Origin: the human T2T-CHM13v2.0 reference genome, Homo sapiens
Strand: one strand, 5' to 3'
Assembly (NCBI RefSeq): GCF_009914755.1
Contig: NC_060943.1
Length of the DNA: 64,000 nt
Under the pieces are notes generated by a model. It did no database searches. It was not told the origin of the DNA and worked only from the letters and a program-made list of their open reading frames with translations. Made by a program: the position numbers and the translations under genes. Shown here piece after piece: positions 61,101-64,000 of the stretch. Position 1 is the stretch's first letter, and each line of letters opens with the position of its first letter.

Positions 61101-64000
<2,900 letters not shown>

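Overview
Human (primate) genomic DNA with very dense Alu content. I recognise it from memory as the 19q13.42 interval containing DPRX, upstream of the C19MC microRNA cluster; this placement was not checked by search. The only intact protein-coding gene is DPRX (+ strand, 3 coding exons at 43625-48505, 191 aa, PRD-class K50 homeodomain). The minus strand carries an intron-containing SLC7A3 (CAT-3)-like pseudogene with 9 recognisable exons (11851-19980). Also present are an OSTC processed pseudogene (28288-29975), an Alu-split 7SL pseudogene, a tailless 5S rRNA fragment, and L1, ERV and DNA-transposon remnants. Near the right end is a CpG island (about 59090-61020) that fits the imprinted C19MC promoter/DMR. 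It runs into a 47-bp tandem array built from an Alu 5' head, followed by a sense-oriented MER57-type LTR with a tRNA-Leu primer-binding site. Almost all ORFs in the supplied track are Alu read-throughs. The most interesting structures are the Alu-head VNTR with a 235-bp higher-order repeat, clustered ZFP57 hexamers, a residual 171-aa spliced ORF in the SLC7A3-like pseudogene, and a short LTR-derived hairpin element. No wholly new system is demonstrated by sequence alone.
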